Origin: Eledone cirrhosa
Lineage: Eukaryota
NCBI GenBank assembly: GCA_964016885.1
Contig: OZ024748.1
Location: 30,008,001-30,072,000, forward strand
Direction of reading: 5' to 3'
Length of the DNA stretch: 64,000 nt
Shown here: piece by piece, positions 28,366-46,585 of the stretch
How the letters are laid out: every line of letters begins with the position of its first letter
Position numbering within the stretch: the stretch's first letter is position 1
Notes under the pieces: model-generated
Databases searched by the model: none
What the model was told of the DNA's origin: nothing
The model's input: the letters and a program-made list of their open reading frames with translations, nothing else
Made by a program: the position numbers and the translations under genes

Positions 28366-30058
28366 CACTTTAATACATGAATACACTTACATCTAACTAT
28401 ACACATCAAACATATATATATATTTACTTATTTATATACATTTTCACATATATATACATACTTATGGACGTTTTTAGACACATTCATTATCGCATATTTG
28501 CACCTATTCTCATCAGCATATCTTTCCATTATTAGTGTGGTAATTTAAGGTTATTAATATATGTTGAGAAGAGATTGTTTTTATATATTCTAACTAGATT
28601 AAGGTTTATATAGTTGGGGGATGTCCCTCTTTTATGTAATATTCGGCTTGTAGTGGGAAAAAAGGGTTTTAGTTCTGTGACGGCAGAATAATGTTCGTTC
28701 AATTCTGTTATTCAGCAGTTTCCTCTTGTGTGTGATTATGTAATAAATCTCAAGATTACACAATTTGCAGAAATTTTGGCTCCTGGAAAAGCTTTGGGTT
28801 TTAGCTAATTTCTCCCATTTTAGGGTAAACTTTTGATCGCTATCCCTGAGCGTCCAAGCTTTTTCTGCTAAAGTTGTTACATTTCTTTGGCTCTGGTGTT
28901 TTATTGAGTAAGAATGCCTATACAATCGAGATTTAAACGATGTTGCCGTTGATCCCACGTAATACCACTCGTTGCCTCCGGATTTAATGGTACACTTATA
29001 AATAATATTTTTTTCCAGGCAGTTATTGCCGAGGGGGGCAGTTGTCAGGATAGGTGCAGTTACAGTTGTGTACGTTGGGTTTTCTCTGGAGTAGTATTGC
29101 GGACGAACTTAGGTGTGGTTTATTTATGTTCTGTAGTGTATTGTCTACTGTTTTTTTTGTGTTCTTTGTACTTAAGTTCTTAGTGTTTTCGTTTAACCTT
29201 CTAGTATTGATCTTTTTTATGTGTTGTTCAAGGTTTAACGCTGTAGAGTATGACAGTCTTATAGTGGTAGGGTTTAGGATTTTGTGGTATTTGTGTGATG
29301 TGGGAAAATGTCTTTTAATTATTTTAAAGAAGAGTACTGGTAAATTTGTACTAATGGAACTATTGTATTCGGGGTTATACCATAAGTACTCGTTACATCG
29401 CTTTCTATTAGTTTTGTTTGTTGGTTTACTGGTGTGCATACTATGGTAGTAAGTGTGGTTTGGTGTTGTGTTATAATATCTACCTATGTGGGATTTATTT
29501 TGGGTGTTTTGATTGTTCCCATCTGTGTACTCTATTTTGTTGAGGTAGCCTGCTTTTCTAAGGGCGTTATCGTAGTACTCGGCGTGTTCCTTAAATACTT
29601 GTATGTTAGAAGATAGACCCGAGATTCTAAGGGAAATATTTTTAGGGATAGATTTAATTATAGAGATGGGGTGGTTAGACCCAACATTTATGTATTTGAG
29701 ATTTTCATTCAATTTATGAAACGGTTTAATCAAACCAGAGTTTAAATTGAGTGTGACATCCAGGAAGTTAACTACTTTAAGGTTGTATTCATATGTTATA
29801 GTTAGTCCTATTTCGAGTAGTAGTTTTCTTATATCTTTGCGTAGTTTTTCTAGTTTTTGGTTATTAAGGTTTTTAGCTAGGAGGAGAACATCGTCGCGGT
29901 ATATTCCGCCGTGGAGATTGCTGAATTTTTCCTGGAGTCTAAAGGCGATAAATAACCCCACAATATCAGTTATTTCCGCCGAATCGTTAGAGCCCATTGT
30001 TATGTCAAAGTTAGAGGGTCTATCTTTACGTACCCAATAACTGTTCTCAAATTTGACT
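27602..30058 (-). mobile_element. Penelope-like element 2, 5'-truncated and frameshifted
   Basis: [49 protein letters not shown], then GIY-YIG (YVGSTATSFKSRLYRH..CKLCNLE). ~1-kb 3' UTR. Confidence 0.92.
27641..27761 (-). ncRNA. Type I hammerhead with a greatly extended stem II in the PLE2 3' end
   Basis: Minus strand: ttatt-CTGATGA-a atgacagt..(nested hairpin gcataac/gttatgt)..actgttat a-GAAA-cacgtg-TC|aataa. GUC site. Confidence 0.8.
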
Positions 30059-34953
<4,895 letters not shown>

Positions 34954-35161
34954 TAGTATTAGTTATATTATTTATGGTTATGTAAATACAAAACCTTATG
35001 CACTTATAAGTATTTTTTATACACACCCTAAATAGTGGTAGGCAGTAATTTATTACTACCTTATTACCAGTAAGTTAAGTAGCTCAATGTAAAAACATCA
35101 GATGATTTACAGAGCAGTTATATGAAATATAAGAATCAAAGAACTGTTCAAAACATTATTG

Positions 35162-35208
35162 TGCTTACAGCTGTTTCCTCCAAAACGAGGTTTGGATTCT
35201 TCGGAGCA
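35162..35208 (-). ncRNA. Variant hammerhead-like motif (CCGAAGA core) in the PLE3 3' end
   Basis: Minus strand: tgct-CCGAAGA-a tccaaa cctcgt tttgga g-GAAA-cagctg-TA|agca. Palindromic stem III, GUA site. Confidence 0.68.
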
Positions 35209-38200
35209 ATTTATTAATGCATGGACAGTTATATGACCTCCTTTTCAGCCAAGAGACATACCGATACATATGCAAATATTGTGGGTCAACATTCGTTACA
35301 GAATTTAGAGTGGCAGTACACACTTCGAGATTACATTCATATTAAGAGGTACAATCAAAAATACAGGTTAAAATACAACATGTTGTATTTTAACGAAGAT
35401 AATAAGTCATATGTGGAGCGTGGAGAACAATAGCATGCAAAGACAAAACCACGTAAATGGTATAGCAGAAATCGTAGACTAAAATTCTAACTAGGAGACC
35501 AAATGAATCTCCGCTACAGAGTTAAGAACAAAGTAAATAAATACAATACAGAAGTAATAGAAACAAATAAATACATACACGCAAACAGATACTTACATAC
35601 ACAAGCATACGCAAAACATTACCATGGGTATACAAAACCACGCACATATAAATATGTGTGTGTGTGTATGCTTGTGTACAAATAAATAAATAATTATATA
35701 AACGTATATAAGTAAATAAAAACGTATATAACAAGCGCACACGCATACCTACATATAAATACACGAATGTTCGGAGACGTAAGTCAACTAAAACAAGAAG
35801 TACACATATACACACACCCACCATACGTACGAACCTGCACACTCACGCGGACGCAAAACTCCCGTATACACATAGCCAAACCCTAAATACCGGAATATGT
35901 AAAAATTATACGTTATAACAGTCAAATATACGTACGAGAAGGTATACATACCTTCACAAAACATACGGGTAATATATACTTACCTATACAAATAAGTAAA
36001 GGAATAAACAAAACATATACTTAGCTCCCACATCAAGACGTAAAATATCCACGTATAGATCGTGGAAAGTTTTGTGCAATTTATGTTTACAAGCCAAAAT
36101 TGCCTCAGATTTTTTGTTTAAGATGTGGTCTGTAGCGTAGAGTATTTCCAGGGCCTCAGCGGCGCAGAGGTCACATGGTCTTTTATTTCCGTTATACGAT
36201 CTAGCCCTAGCTAGGATCTCCCAGTGTAACTTATATTGGGTGTGGTTGTCTTTTAGACTCCAGATATAAGCTGAAAGTGACGTCATATTCCTTCTTAGAG
36301 GGTAACGAAAAGAATGGGTATGCATGTAAAGACGCTGCTTGAAGCTATTGGCGATTAACCCTATGTAGGCCCTACGGGACGTGGGTGTTACAACCTTACA
36401 TTTGTAGACAATGTTACTAGAGAGGCATTTCCCGGATAGGGGGCAATCAGCCCGATTCCTACAATTACAGTTAGTACTAACTACAGGGTTGCACGTGTTC
36501 CTACGGCTAGGTAGTTTAGCTAAATTTGAAGCTGTGATGTTATGTGCAAGGTTAGGAGTCGTAGAGTAAGAAATTTTAATAGTATTTCTATTAAAAATTT
36601 TACTATATTTATGTGTAGGGGTAAAATGCTTTGTAATAAGGGAAAGAAAGATCTTAGCTAATGGTGTGGCCACCTCCATATTATATGGTGGGTTAAACCA
36701 ACAAATGCGACGGGATCTATTTCTTCTTGGTCTATTTTCGTACTCTGTATATGCTACCTTATCGACAAATCCACTTCGAGCAAGAGCTTCATTGTAATAA
36801 GTGGAATGGTCGTTGAAAATGCGCTCGTTGGTGGAAAGACGGGAAAGCCTCAACGAAACGTTTCTTACCAGGTTCTTGGTTATGCTGGCAGGATGGTTGG
36901 AATGCTTACTTATGTAATTAAGCGTATCATTCGGCTTTCTATACGGGTAATACAACCCATTCAATAAATTGAGGGTAACGTTGAGGTAATTAACGACCGA
37001 GAGATTGGCCTCAACCTGTATAGAGAGGTTGAAGCCTTTAAAGAAGGCTGTGAGTTCTTTTCTGAACCTGTCGCAAGCACGAGGTCCGCACTTAGTCATG
37101 GTCAAAAGACCATCGTCACGGTACAAACCACCGCCCGCGTTGGGGAATTCGTCCTTGATAGAGAAAAGAAGGAAAAGGCCAATAAGATCAGTAACCTCCG
37201 CAGAGTCACTGGCGCCCATACTCACGTCGAATGGGGTACTATTGGATTTTTTAATCCAAATAGAGTTGTCGAAATTAATCACTGACTTTCGGGCATTAAG
37301 GATGACATCAACTTCAAAATCCTTAACCACTGTGAGTGTTTTAGCGAAATTGATAGCTCTAAGGAGAAGTGGTAAAGTGATGGAGGAGTAGTAATTGTTG
37401 ATGTCGAATTGGATAAAACGGCAATGTTCCTTGTTACATATGCCGTTGAACCAATCAATCACCGCGAAAGAATTGTTCCACAGTGCGAGAGGGGCCAAAC
37501 TTCTAATTTCAGGTATAATTCTATCAAGAATCGTTTTACTCAGTCTACCTAAATCGGACTTCGTAGGGTTAATAAGCCGAATAGAGGGGTTGTTCGGAAA
37601 ATTGGATTTGTGATCCTTCAGGGTAAAGTGGGGAGAGATAGGGTCCAGAGGTTCGGTCCGGTCCAGGATGTTGAGATCAGATGTGATTTTAAACCCAGCA
37701 TCGTTGATTTCATTGATGACGCACCGATTAGTTTTACGGTAATCCTTAGTTACAGCATTATGTAGTAGTTGATGGTAAGTACTGCGCTCCACTTGATATA
37801 GGTTGCCAGTTTTGTCGGAATGGACGTGCACGGCGTTAGAATCCTTAATAGAACGAATTCTATTCTTCAGGTCTTGCTGGAAGGAATTGCTCCTATTCCG
37901 AAATTTGATATTCCGAATGAGTTCCAAGACATCATTTTTCGAAGGGTAGCAATGCTGGGTTCCACGGAGGGTTATTATAAGTTTTAAATCCAAATTTATC
38001 CTGTTTGTTGTCTGCTTTTCGCGGATTATCGAAATAAAAGGCACGCCAACGCAACCTTTTAATGAACGCGTCTGTTTTCTGTATCAGGAGTTTTAGGTAT
38101 GTTTTCCTGCTTGGTACGGGTATGTTCTTTGTAGAAATATTCAGATGTTGTTTCTGCATGATGAATATAAGTCAGTAGAGTGCTCAACTGAAGGAGCCAA

Positions 38201-38304
38201 ATAGTAATAATAATAAAATTGAAGACTAAAATCCAAAGAGGGCTCGATAAGGAAAATATATATCAAATATATAAGAACCGTAGAGCAAATATTTATTAAA
38301 ATAA

Positions 38305-38378
38305 CAGATTAAAGTTTAAGCAAAGAATCGCTGCTTTCACCCTTAACGGGATCTTCTGAAACTAACAAAGTCAATCTG
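38305..38378 (-). ncRNA. Variant hammerhead-like motif (CAGAAGA core) upstream of the PLE3 ORF
   Basis: Exact reverse complement of 19107-19180. Lies ~150 nt 5' of the ATG in the element's sense orientation. Confidence 0.62.
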
Positions 38379-38493
38379 TAAACGCAGAACTGGATATTTC
38401 AAAAAACGTTGCAACCGGAGGAAGACAGGAAGACGATACTTTGGTTCGTGGTAACGTTCGCTGGCAAAGGACGGGAAAAAACGAATAATACGT

Positions 38494-38940
38494 CAATGTT
38501 ACTAGAGAGGCATTTCCCGGATAGGGGGCAATCAGCCCGATTCCTACAATTACAGTTAGTACTAACTACAGGGTTGCACGTGTTCCTACGGCTAGGTAGT
38601 TTAGCTAAATTTGAAGCTGTGATGTTATGTGCAAGGTTAGGAGTCGTAGAGTAAGAAATTTTAATAGTATTTCTATTAAAAATTTTACTATATTTATGTG
38701 TAGGGGGGAAATGCTTTGTAATAAGGGAAAGAAAGATCTTAGCTAATGGTGTGGCCACCTCCATATTATATGGTGGGTTAAACCAACAAATGTGACGGGA
38801 TCTATTTCTTCTAGGTCTATTTTCGTACTCTGTATATGCTACCTTATCGACAAATCCACTTCGAGCAAGAGCTTCATTGTAATAAGTGGAATGGTCGTTG
38901 AAAATGCGCTCGTTGGTGGAAAGACGGGATAGCCTCAACG
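38494..38940 (-). mobile_element. Partial tandem copy of PLE3 coding sequence
   Basis: Near-identical direct duplicate of ~36410-36857 with only a few substitutions. Stops just before the GIY-YIG domain. Confidence 0.92.
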
Positions 38941-38962
38941 AAAATGTATATATATGTATATA

Positions 38963-39015
<53 letters not shown>

Positions 39016-39016
39016 G

Positions 39017-39625
39017 TATGAAGAGGCGGACTTTCAGGTCTCTACGAAGGTCCGACTTCCACACCGATCTCAAGCTGTGGCACGCCGCCCAGGCCTTGCT
39101 CTTCCTCTCAACCACATCATCTTCCGTATTCCCAATCTTTGCTCCCAAATACAGGAAGCCCTCAACCAATTCTAGCGGCTTCCCGCCTACATTGCTGTAG
39201 TGGAGTCCGTGCTGCTGTATGGGTCTGAGACTTGGACACTGACCAAGAAACTCACTCAGATGGTGGATGGGTGCTACACGAGAATGTTGAGGATGGCTCT
39301 GAACATTAATCAGTATACACTGAGGATGAAAAACTCAGAGCTGTATGGGAGCATCCCAAAAGTCAGCTCAAGAGTGACACAGAGGAGACTGAGGTTAGCT
39401 GGACATGCTCACTGACATCCAGAGTTGACATTGCACTCAGTGCTCCTTTGGGAGCCCCTACATGGACAAACTGGAAGGGGAAGACCAAAGTTAACGTATG
39501 TTGATGCCCTAAGGACAGACACTGGTCTGTTGGAGACGCAGGACATGGCAGCGATAATGAGGGACAGAGACCGCTGGAGAGAACTCGTCCAGGGATCTCG
39601 GGAATTTTACCCGCCTTAGATAGAT
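39017..39625 (+). mobile_element. RTE-group LINE 3' fragment with an inverted 5' segment
   Basis: Minus strand 39193-39017 encodes ..VEGFLYLGAKI..KVRLFI. Plus strand from ~39194 continues AVVESVLLYGSETWTLT..RLRLAGH..GRGRP. (TAGA)n-like tail. Confidence 0.88.
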
Positions 39626-39632
39626 ATATATG

Positions 39633-39673
<41 letters not shown>

Positions 39674-39801
39674 GTAAGGATTAGAATACTGGAGCGTGTT
39701 GGAGTTAAACACCCTCTTCGTATTATAGAAATGACAGTAAAAGGTATAGCTCAATGCAGTTAAACGGCTTGTATCTGCCGATATTACTTCTTGTTGTTTT
39801 G

Positions 39802-39846
39802 ATTGCCCTGATGAGTCCTTAATAGGACGAAACATTGTCGGCTAAT
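39802..39846 (+). ncRNA. Canonical minimal type I hammerhead ribozyme in a ~215-nt solo island (39675-39890)
   Basis: attgcc-CTGATGA-gtcc ttaata ggac-GAAA-c att g-TC|ggctaat. Perfect core, GUC at 39837-39839, AATAAA directly after. Confidence 0.88.
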
Positions 39847-39955
39847 AAAAACTTTTGATGTATTAAAGGATTCTTTGTTTTACTCTCTTAATATATATAT
39901 ATGTATATATGTATGTATGTATGTATATATGTATATATATATATATGTATATATG

Positions 39956-40018
<63 letters not shown>

Positions 40019-40039
40019 GTATATGTATATATGTATATG

Positions 40040-40084
<45 letters not shown>

Positions 40085-40125
40085 ATGTATATATATATAT
40101 GTATATATATATGTATATATATATG

Positions 40126-40206
<81 letters not shown>

Positions 40207-40287
40207 GTATATATATATGTATATATATATATATGTATATATATATGTATGTATATATATATGTATGTATATATATATATGTATATA

Positions 40288-40334
<47 letters not shown>

Positions 40335-40385
40335 GTATATATATATATCTATGTATATATATATATCTATGTATATATATATATC

Positions 40386-40436
<51 letters not shown>

Positions 40437-40710
40437 GTATGTATATATATATATATGTATGTATATATGTATATATATATATGTATGTATATATATATGT
40501 ATATGTATATATGTATATGTATATGTATATATGTATATGTATATGTATATATGTATATGTATATATGTATATGTATATATGTATATGTATATATATATAT
40601 ATGTATGTATATGTATATATATATATATGTATATGTATATATGTATATATATATGTATATATATACATACATATATATATACATATATATATATATACAT
40701 ATATATATAC

Positions 40711-40757
<47 letters not shown>

Positions 40758-40766
40758 CATATATAT

Positions 40767-43243
40767 GTGCTCGAACCAACGAGGTGCCACAAAAACGTCC
40801 TAGACTTAATTTTCAGCAATCACACTGACAATATCCACAATATTGCAGTGGAGAAAACTCTACTCTCTGATCATGACATGGTTCTCTGTGATCTGAGATT
40901 CCACCGTCCAATATACAAACCCAATGTCATTTCTCCTGTCCATCCGTTTGACGCTATGGATTTCCACAATGCAAACTGGGAAGCGATCAGTCATGATCTT
41001 GCACATGTCGACTGGTCCTTCACGCACACTCATACACCCACTAACATCAAAAAGTCCTGGCAGACATTTGTGGACACTGTTACAAACATATGTGCTAAAC
41101 ACACCCCATTAAGAACTATAAACAAATCTAAGAGCAGAATCCCTAGAAATAGAAAAACACTCATCAGAAAAATTAAGAGAACGAACAAAAAAATCAACAA
41201 GCTGAAATACTGTCAGCAGCAACACATCAACTTGACTGCCATTTCATCACTAGAGATTAAAAAACATAACCTCCAAAACAACATAATGTCCCTCATCAAC
41301 AATCAGAGAAGAGCTGAAGAGGCCTGGGCCATTGAGAAGATCAAACTCAATCCCAAAGTGTTCTTTTCATTTGCAAAAAAACACAAAATCACTGGCTCTA
41401 CTGTTGGCCCTCTAATTGATGAAAATGGCACTCTTCAAGACAATGCTAAAACCATGGGTGAGATACTGCAGAAACAATACTGCTCTGTTTTCAGCAATCC
41501 TGATATGGCCGATCTGGGCTGTATCGGCGATGTTACTCCCCATTACACCTTATCGGACATAACGTTTGGCGCCCCTGATGTCTTGGCGGCAATAAAGGAA
41601 ATCAAGCATAATTCAGCAGTAGGTCCCGATAGGTTCCCTGCTTGTGTCTTGAAGGCGTGTCAACACCAACTTGCTTCTCCTCTTGCCAATCTGTGGCGGA
41701 ACTCACTGGATGCTGGATATGTGCCAGAAAACCTTCTATCCCAGTCTGTTGTCCCAGTTTTCAAAAAGGGAAACAAATCCCTTGCCGTGAATTACCGTCC
41801 AATCTCACTCACCTCTCATATCATTAAGGTATTTGAGCGAGTGGTGAGATCGCGAATGACCCACTTCCTTGAGAGTAACAATATGCTGAACTCCAACCAG
41901 CATGGATTCCGTAATGGAAGGGATTGCCTGACGCAACTACTGCATCACTTTGATGACATTTTGAGAGCCTTGGGAGAGGGTTCCAACACTGATGTTATCT
42001 ACCTTGATTTCAGCAAGGCCTTTGACAGGGTTGATCATAACATTCTACTGAGAAAGCTGTCCAATATTGGTGTCACTGGAAAGCTGCTGCAGTGGATCAA
42101 GAGCTTCCTGTCAAACAGAACCCAACATGTTGTAGTTGAGGGAGTCAAATCAAGCCCAGCCAAAGTCAGTAGTGGAGTCCCACAAGGCACTGTGTTGGGC
42201 CCACTTCTCTTCATCATCTATATTAATGACATCACTGACATCATCAAACACAGCAACATTAAAATTTTCGCTGATGATTCCAAGCTCCAAAAGGTCATCA
42301 ATGGCGTGGATGACCGGATAAGCCTTCAGTCAGACCTACTGGCTGTTACCCAATGGGCAGAAAAGAACAACATGCTACTGAACGAAGACAAATTCGAACT
42401 GATCCACTTTGGAAAAGAGGATGCTCTGAAACTCCCGTACTCCCTTCCCTCCGGGGAAACTCTCGTGGCATCTAACAACATCAGAGACTTGGGAGTAACC
42501 GTGGACAGCAACATAAGCTGGACCACGCATATAAGCAGCAAAGTTGACATGGCCCGCAGAATGTGTTCCTGGATCCTCAGAACCTTCCAGTCGAGAGATT
42601 CCCGCACCATTATCCTTCTCTTCTCTACTTTCGCCCGACCACACCTTGAATACTGTTGTCCACTGTGGTCTCCCCACACGAAACAAAGTATCATGAAACT
42701 TGAAGCTCCTCAAAGGGCAATCACGAAAAAGATAGATGGCATGTCAGACCTTGACTACTGGGGTCGATTGGAAAACCTGAAACTTTACTCACTCCAACGT
42801 CGCCGTGAGCGTTATATTATCTGCATGATGTGGAAAATGTTCCATCATCACTGCCCAAATGATGTTGGCATCGCCTTCAAGATACACCCAAGGCTTGGGC
42901 CCCGTGCTATCCGTCCCATTCAAAAATCTAAATCGCAACTCATAACAACAATACGGCACAATTATTTCACCTCAATCGGCCCTGCTCTCTTCAACATCAC
43001 ACCAGGACACGTCAAAACAGAAACTGACCACACAAAATTCAAGAAGTCTTTGGACAAATTCCTCCAAGTAATCCCGGACAAACCACCCACACCCGGATAT
43101 GTCTCCGCAAACAGTAATTCTCTTCTCGAATGGGCCATGGTGCCCAAATCCTGAATTGAAAGACTTCGCCAGGTGGTGCTATTAAGTTAGACATGGCCTG
43201 GGCCAATACTGGCCAAAACATTTCAAAGTTATTCAAAGTTATT
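40767..43243 (+). mobile_element. 5'-truncated CR1/L2-group LINE with intact RT
   Basis: ~795 uninterrupted codons from [13 protein letters not shown] (end of APE) through [40 protein letters not shown] to stop 43154. Short 3' UTR ending in a ttcaaagtta repeat. Confidence 0.93.
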
Positions 43244-43580
43244 ATGTATATATGTATATATATATATATGTATATATATATGTGTGTATATATATATGTA
43301 TATATATATGTGTACATATATATGTATATAATATGTATATATATATGTATATATATATGTATATATATGTGTATATATATATATGTATATATATGTATAT
43401 ATATGTATATATGTATATATATATATGTATATATATATATATGTATATATATAATATATATATGTATATATATATATATGTATATATATAATATATATAT
43501 GTATATATATAATATATATATATGTATATATATAATATATATATATGTATATATATAATATATATGTATGTATATATATA

Positions 43581-43611
<31 letters not shown>

Positions 43612-43640
43612 TGTATATAATATATGTATATATATGTATG

Positions 43641-43688
<48 letters not shown>

Positions 43689-43805
43689 ATAATATATGTA
43701 TATATATGTATGTATATATATAATATATATATATGTATATATATATATGTATGTATATAATATATATATATATATATGTATATATATAATATATATATAT
43801 ATATA

Positions 43806-44463
43806 TTTTCAAATGCGAGAGGGCGCTATAGAAGTGGTGGATAGCTTCCGGTACCTAGGAGATCAGATTAGCATGGGAGGAGGGTGTTCCGAGGCCATAG
43901 TATCTAGAATAAGGACGGGTTGGAAGAAGTTTAGGGAGCTGCTTCCTCTGTTGACGAAGAAGGGTTTCTCCCTGCATACGAAAGGCCGGTTGTATGATGC
44001 CTGTGTGAGGAGCGCGATGCTGCATGGTAGTGAGACATGGGCAGCAACCGCAGAAGATATGCGACGGCTGGAGAGAAATGAGGCAAGCATGCTCCGTTGG
44101 ATGTGCAGTGTAAATGTGCGTGAACGACCCAGCATAAATGTGTTGAGAGAGAAACTGTGTCTGAGAGGGATAGAATGTAGTGTACGGGAGAGGAGACTGA
44201 GGTGGTATGGACATGTGATGCGCATGGAGGATGACCGATGGGTGAAGAAGTGCCAGGAAATGCCAGTTGAAGGAAGACGTGGTAGAGGTAGACCACGAAA
44301 AACATGGGCGGAGGTGGTGAGAACAGACCTCAGATCATTGAAGCTCACGGTGGAGATGACGAGGGACCGTGACGAGTGGAGAGATGCTGTGCTGAACAAG
44401 ACCCGTCCCACCCTTGCAAGCAGGGAAAAGCGGACGTAAAATGATGATGATGATGATGATGAT
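43806..44463 (+). mobile_element. 5'-truncated young RTE LINE, family A (second copy)
   Basis: Nearly identical to 22731-23389; I see only about three substitutions. It has a different 5' truncation point. Confidence 0.95.
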
Positions 44464-44774
44464 ATATATGTATATATATAATATGTATATATATATGTAC
44501 ATATATAATATGTATATATATATGTACATATATAATATGTATATATATATGTATATATATAATATATATATATATATATGTATATATATATGTATATATA
44601 TATGTATATATATAATATATATATATATGTGTATATATATAATATATATATATATATGTATATATATAATATATATATATGTATATATATAATATATATA
44701 TATATATGTATATATATAATATGTATATATATATGTATATATATATATATATAATATGTATATGTATATATATA

Positions 44775-44807
<33 letters not shown>

Positions 44808-45074
44808 ATATGTATATATATATGTATATATATAATATATATATATATGTATATATATAATATATATATATATGTATATATATAATATATATATATATAT
44901 GTATATATATAATATATATATATGTATATATATAATATATATATATATATGTATATATATAATATGTATATATATATATATTATATATAATATGTATATA
45001 TATATGTATATATATAATATATATATGTATATATATAATATATATATGTATATATATAATATATATATATATAT

Positions 45075-46547
45075 CATCATCATCATCATCGTTTAACGTC
45101 CCTGTTCGACGCTTGCATGGGTTTGGACGGGCTTTTCCCACTTGAGGCAAGAGTGGTTTTCTTGCTCGCATAGGACTGTCTGGCGTGTTTTCTACAGCTG
45201 GATGCCCTTCCTAACACCAACCACATTTACAGTGTGGGACTGGGAGGTTTTTACCGTGTTGCCTACACGGCCACATTACAGCGTGGACTGTGTGTTTTTT
45301 TGTCGTGACACCTACACGATCTCGTTTGTTTCGGCCTGGATGTTGTGGCACCAACATAACTTTGCATTGAAGGGGGCGGTGTGGATGGGGTGGGACGGGG
45401 CTGTATTTTGTTAGAGATGCCTACTGACTAGTAGGTTTTACTTTGTATTTAGGTAAGGCGGGTCTTCTCTGTTACTGAGTACCGCCAAAGGTCTCGGTCC
45501 AGTGACATTGTCTTGGAGAGGTGTAAGTGTGTGAGGTCGGAATTTATCAGCTCGTCCCAGGTTTTCCTGGGTCTGCCTACTCCGTGGCTACCATCTATCT
45601 TTATTGCCCTGCACTTTGTTATACAGCTGTCGTCTTTCATGCGCATCACGTGACCATACCAACGTAGCCTTCTCTCGAGTAAACAACATCTGATCCCTCT
45701 TATTTCTAATTTTTTCCTTAGTTCGTTTATGCTTTGCCGTTCACGTATATTACTATTACACATCCAGCGGAGCATGCAAGCTTCGTTCCTCTCTAGTCTG
45801 CATATATCCTCCCAGGTCTCACTGCCATGCAACATTGCTGTTCGTATGCAGGCATTATACAACCTGCCTTTCATTTTTAGCAAGAACCCTTTAGCGGCTA
45901 ATAGTGGTATAAGCTCTCTGAACTTTTTCCATCCAGTTCTGACTCTAGCTACTGTACTTTCAGAGCACCCTCCCCCACTGCTGATTTTGTCACCCAGGTA
46001 ACAGAAGCTGTCCACTATTTCTTTAGAACCCTCTGCGCAATTGAAAGAGTTAGTATTTTGTGGGCACTTGCTGCTACTTATTGCACCAGAGCACCGGCCG
46101 CATGTAAAATCTGTGTTCTTAGTTAGCTTACCTGTGATCCCACTACATCTTTTATGCACCCATACTTTGCATTTGGGACATAAAATGGAGTTTCTACCTA
46201 CGCCTTTCCTACACACTGAGCATGGCCATTTCCCGGAGGGGACCGGCGCCTTATTTTCTTTCCTACAAACTAGAACTTTAGTCTTAGCCAGGTTAATTTT
46301 AAGGCCTTTTGATTCTAGGCCGTGCTTCCATGTTTGGAATTTCTTCTCTAGCTCGGCCATTGAACTCCTCTGTTATAACCTGAAGGGCAATAATAAATAG
46401 TAGGGGGCTAAGAACAGAGCCCTGATGGACACCAACTTTTACGCTAAACTCTTCACTATATTCATTGTTAATTCTAACCTTGCTGACTGTTTCTTTATAC
46501 ATGGCTTGTATGGCTCTCACAAGCCATTCGTCAACACCTAGTTTTAT
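45075..46547 (-). mobile_element. 5'-truncated RTE LINE, family B (second copy)
   Basis: GVHQGSVLSPLLF, a deletion removing the YADD region, GLKINLAKTK, PHD-like CSVC..CPKC..HKRC..CGRC, GSETW, 3' UTR and (ATG)n. Confidence 0.93.
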
Positions 46548-46585
46548 GTATGTATATAATATGTATATATATTATGTATATATAT

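Larger units (their letters stand above)
34954..38493 (-). mobile_element. Penelope-like element 3, near full length (one frameshift near 37935)
   Basis: ATG at 38159 (NISTKNIPVPS..IKRLRWRA) joins ORF 35984-38044: SDKTGNLY, FIQFDINNYYSSI, MGASDSAE, GLYRDDG, CNCRNRADCPLSGKC, IVYKCKV..YIGL..FKQRLYMH, CDLCAAE. Confidence 0.95.

Noticed and set aside
35984-38159. Assignment of the PLEs to the Naiad/Chlamys clade
   Set aside because: Those have an N-terminal GIY-YIG. All four elements here have it C-terminal to RT.
39413-39415. In-frame TGA as possible selenocysteine
   Set aside because: A single stop in a truncated RTE copy, most simply a CGA>TGA decay. No SECIS seen.
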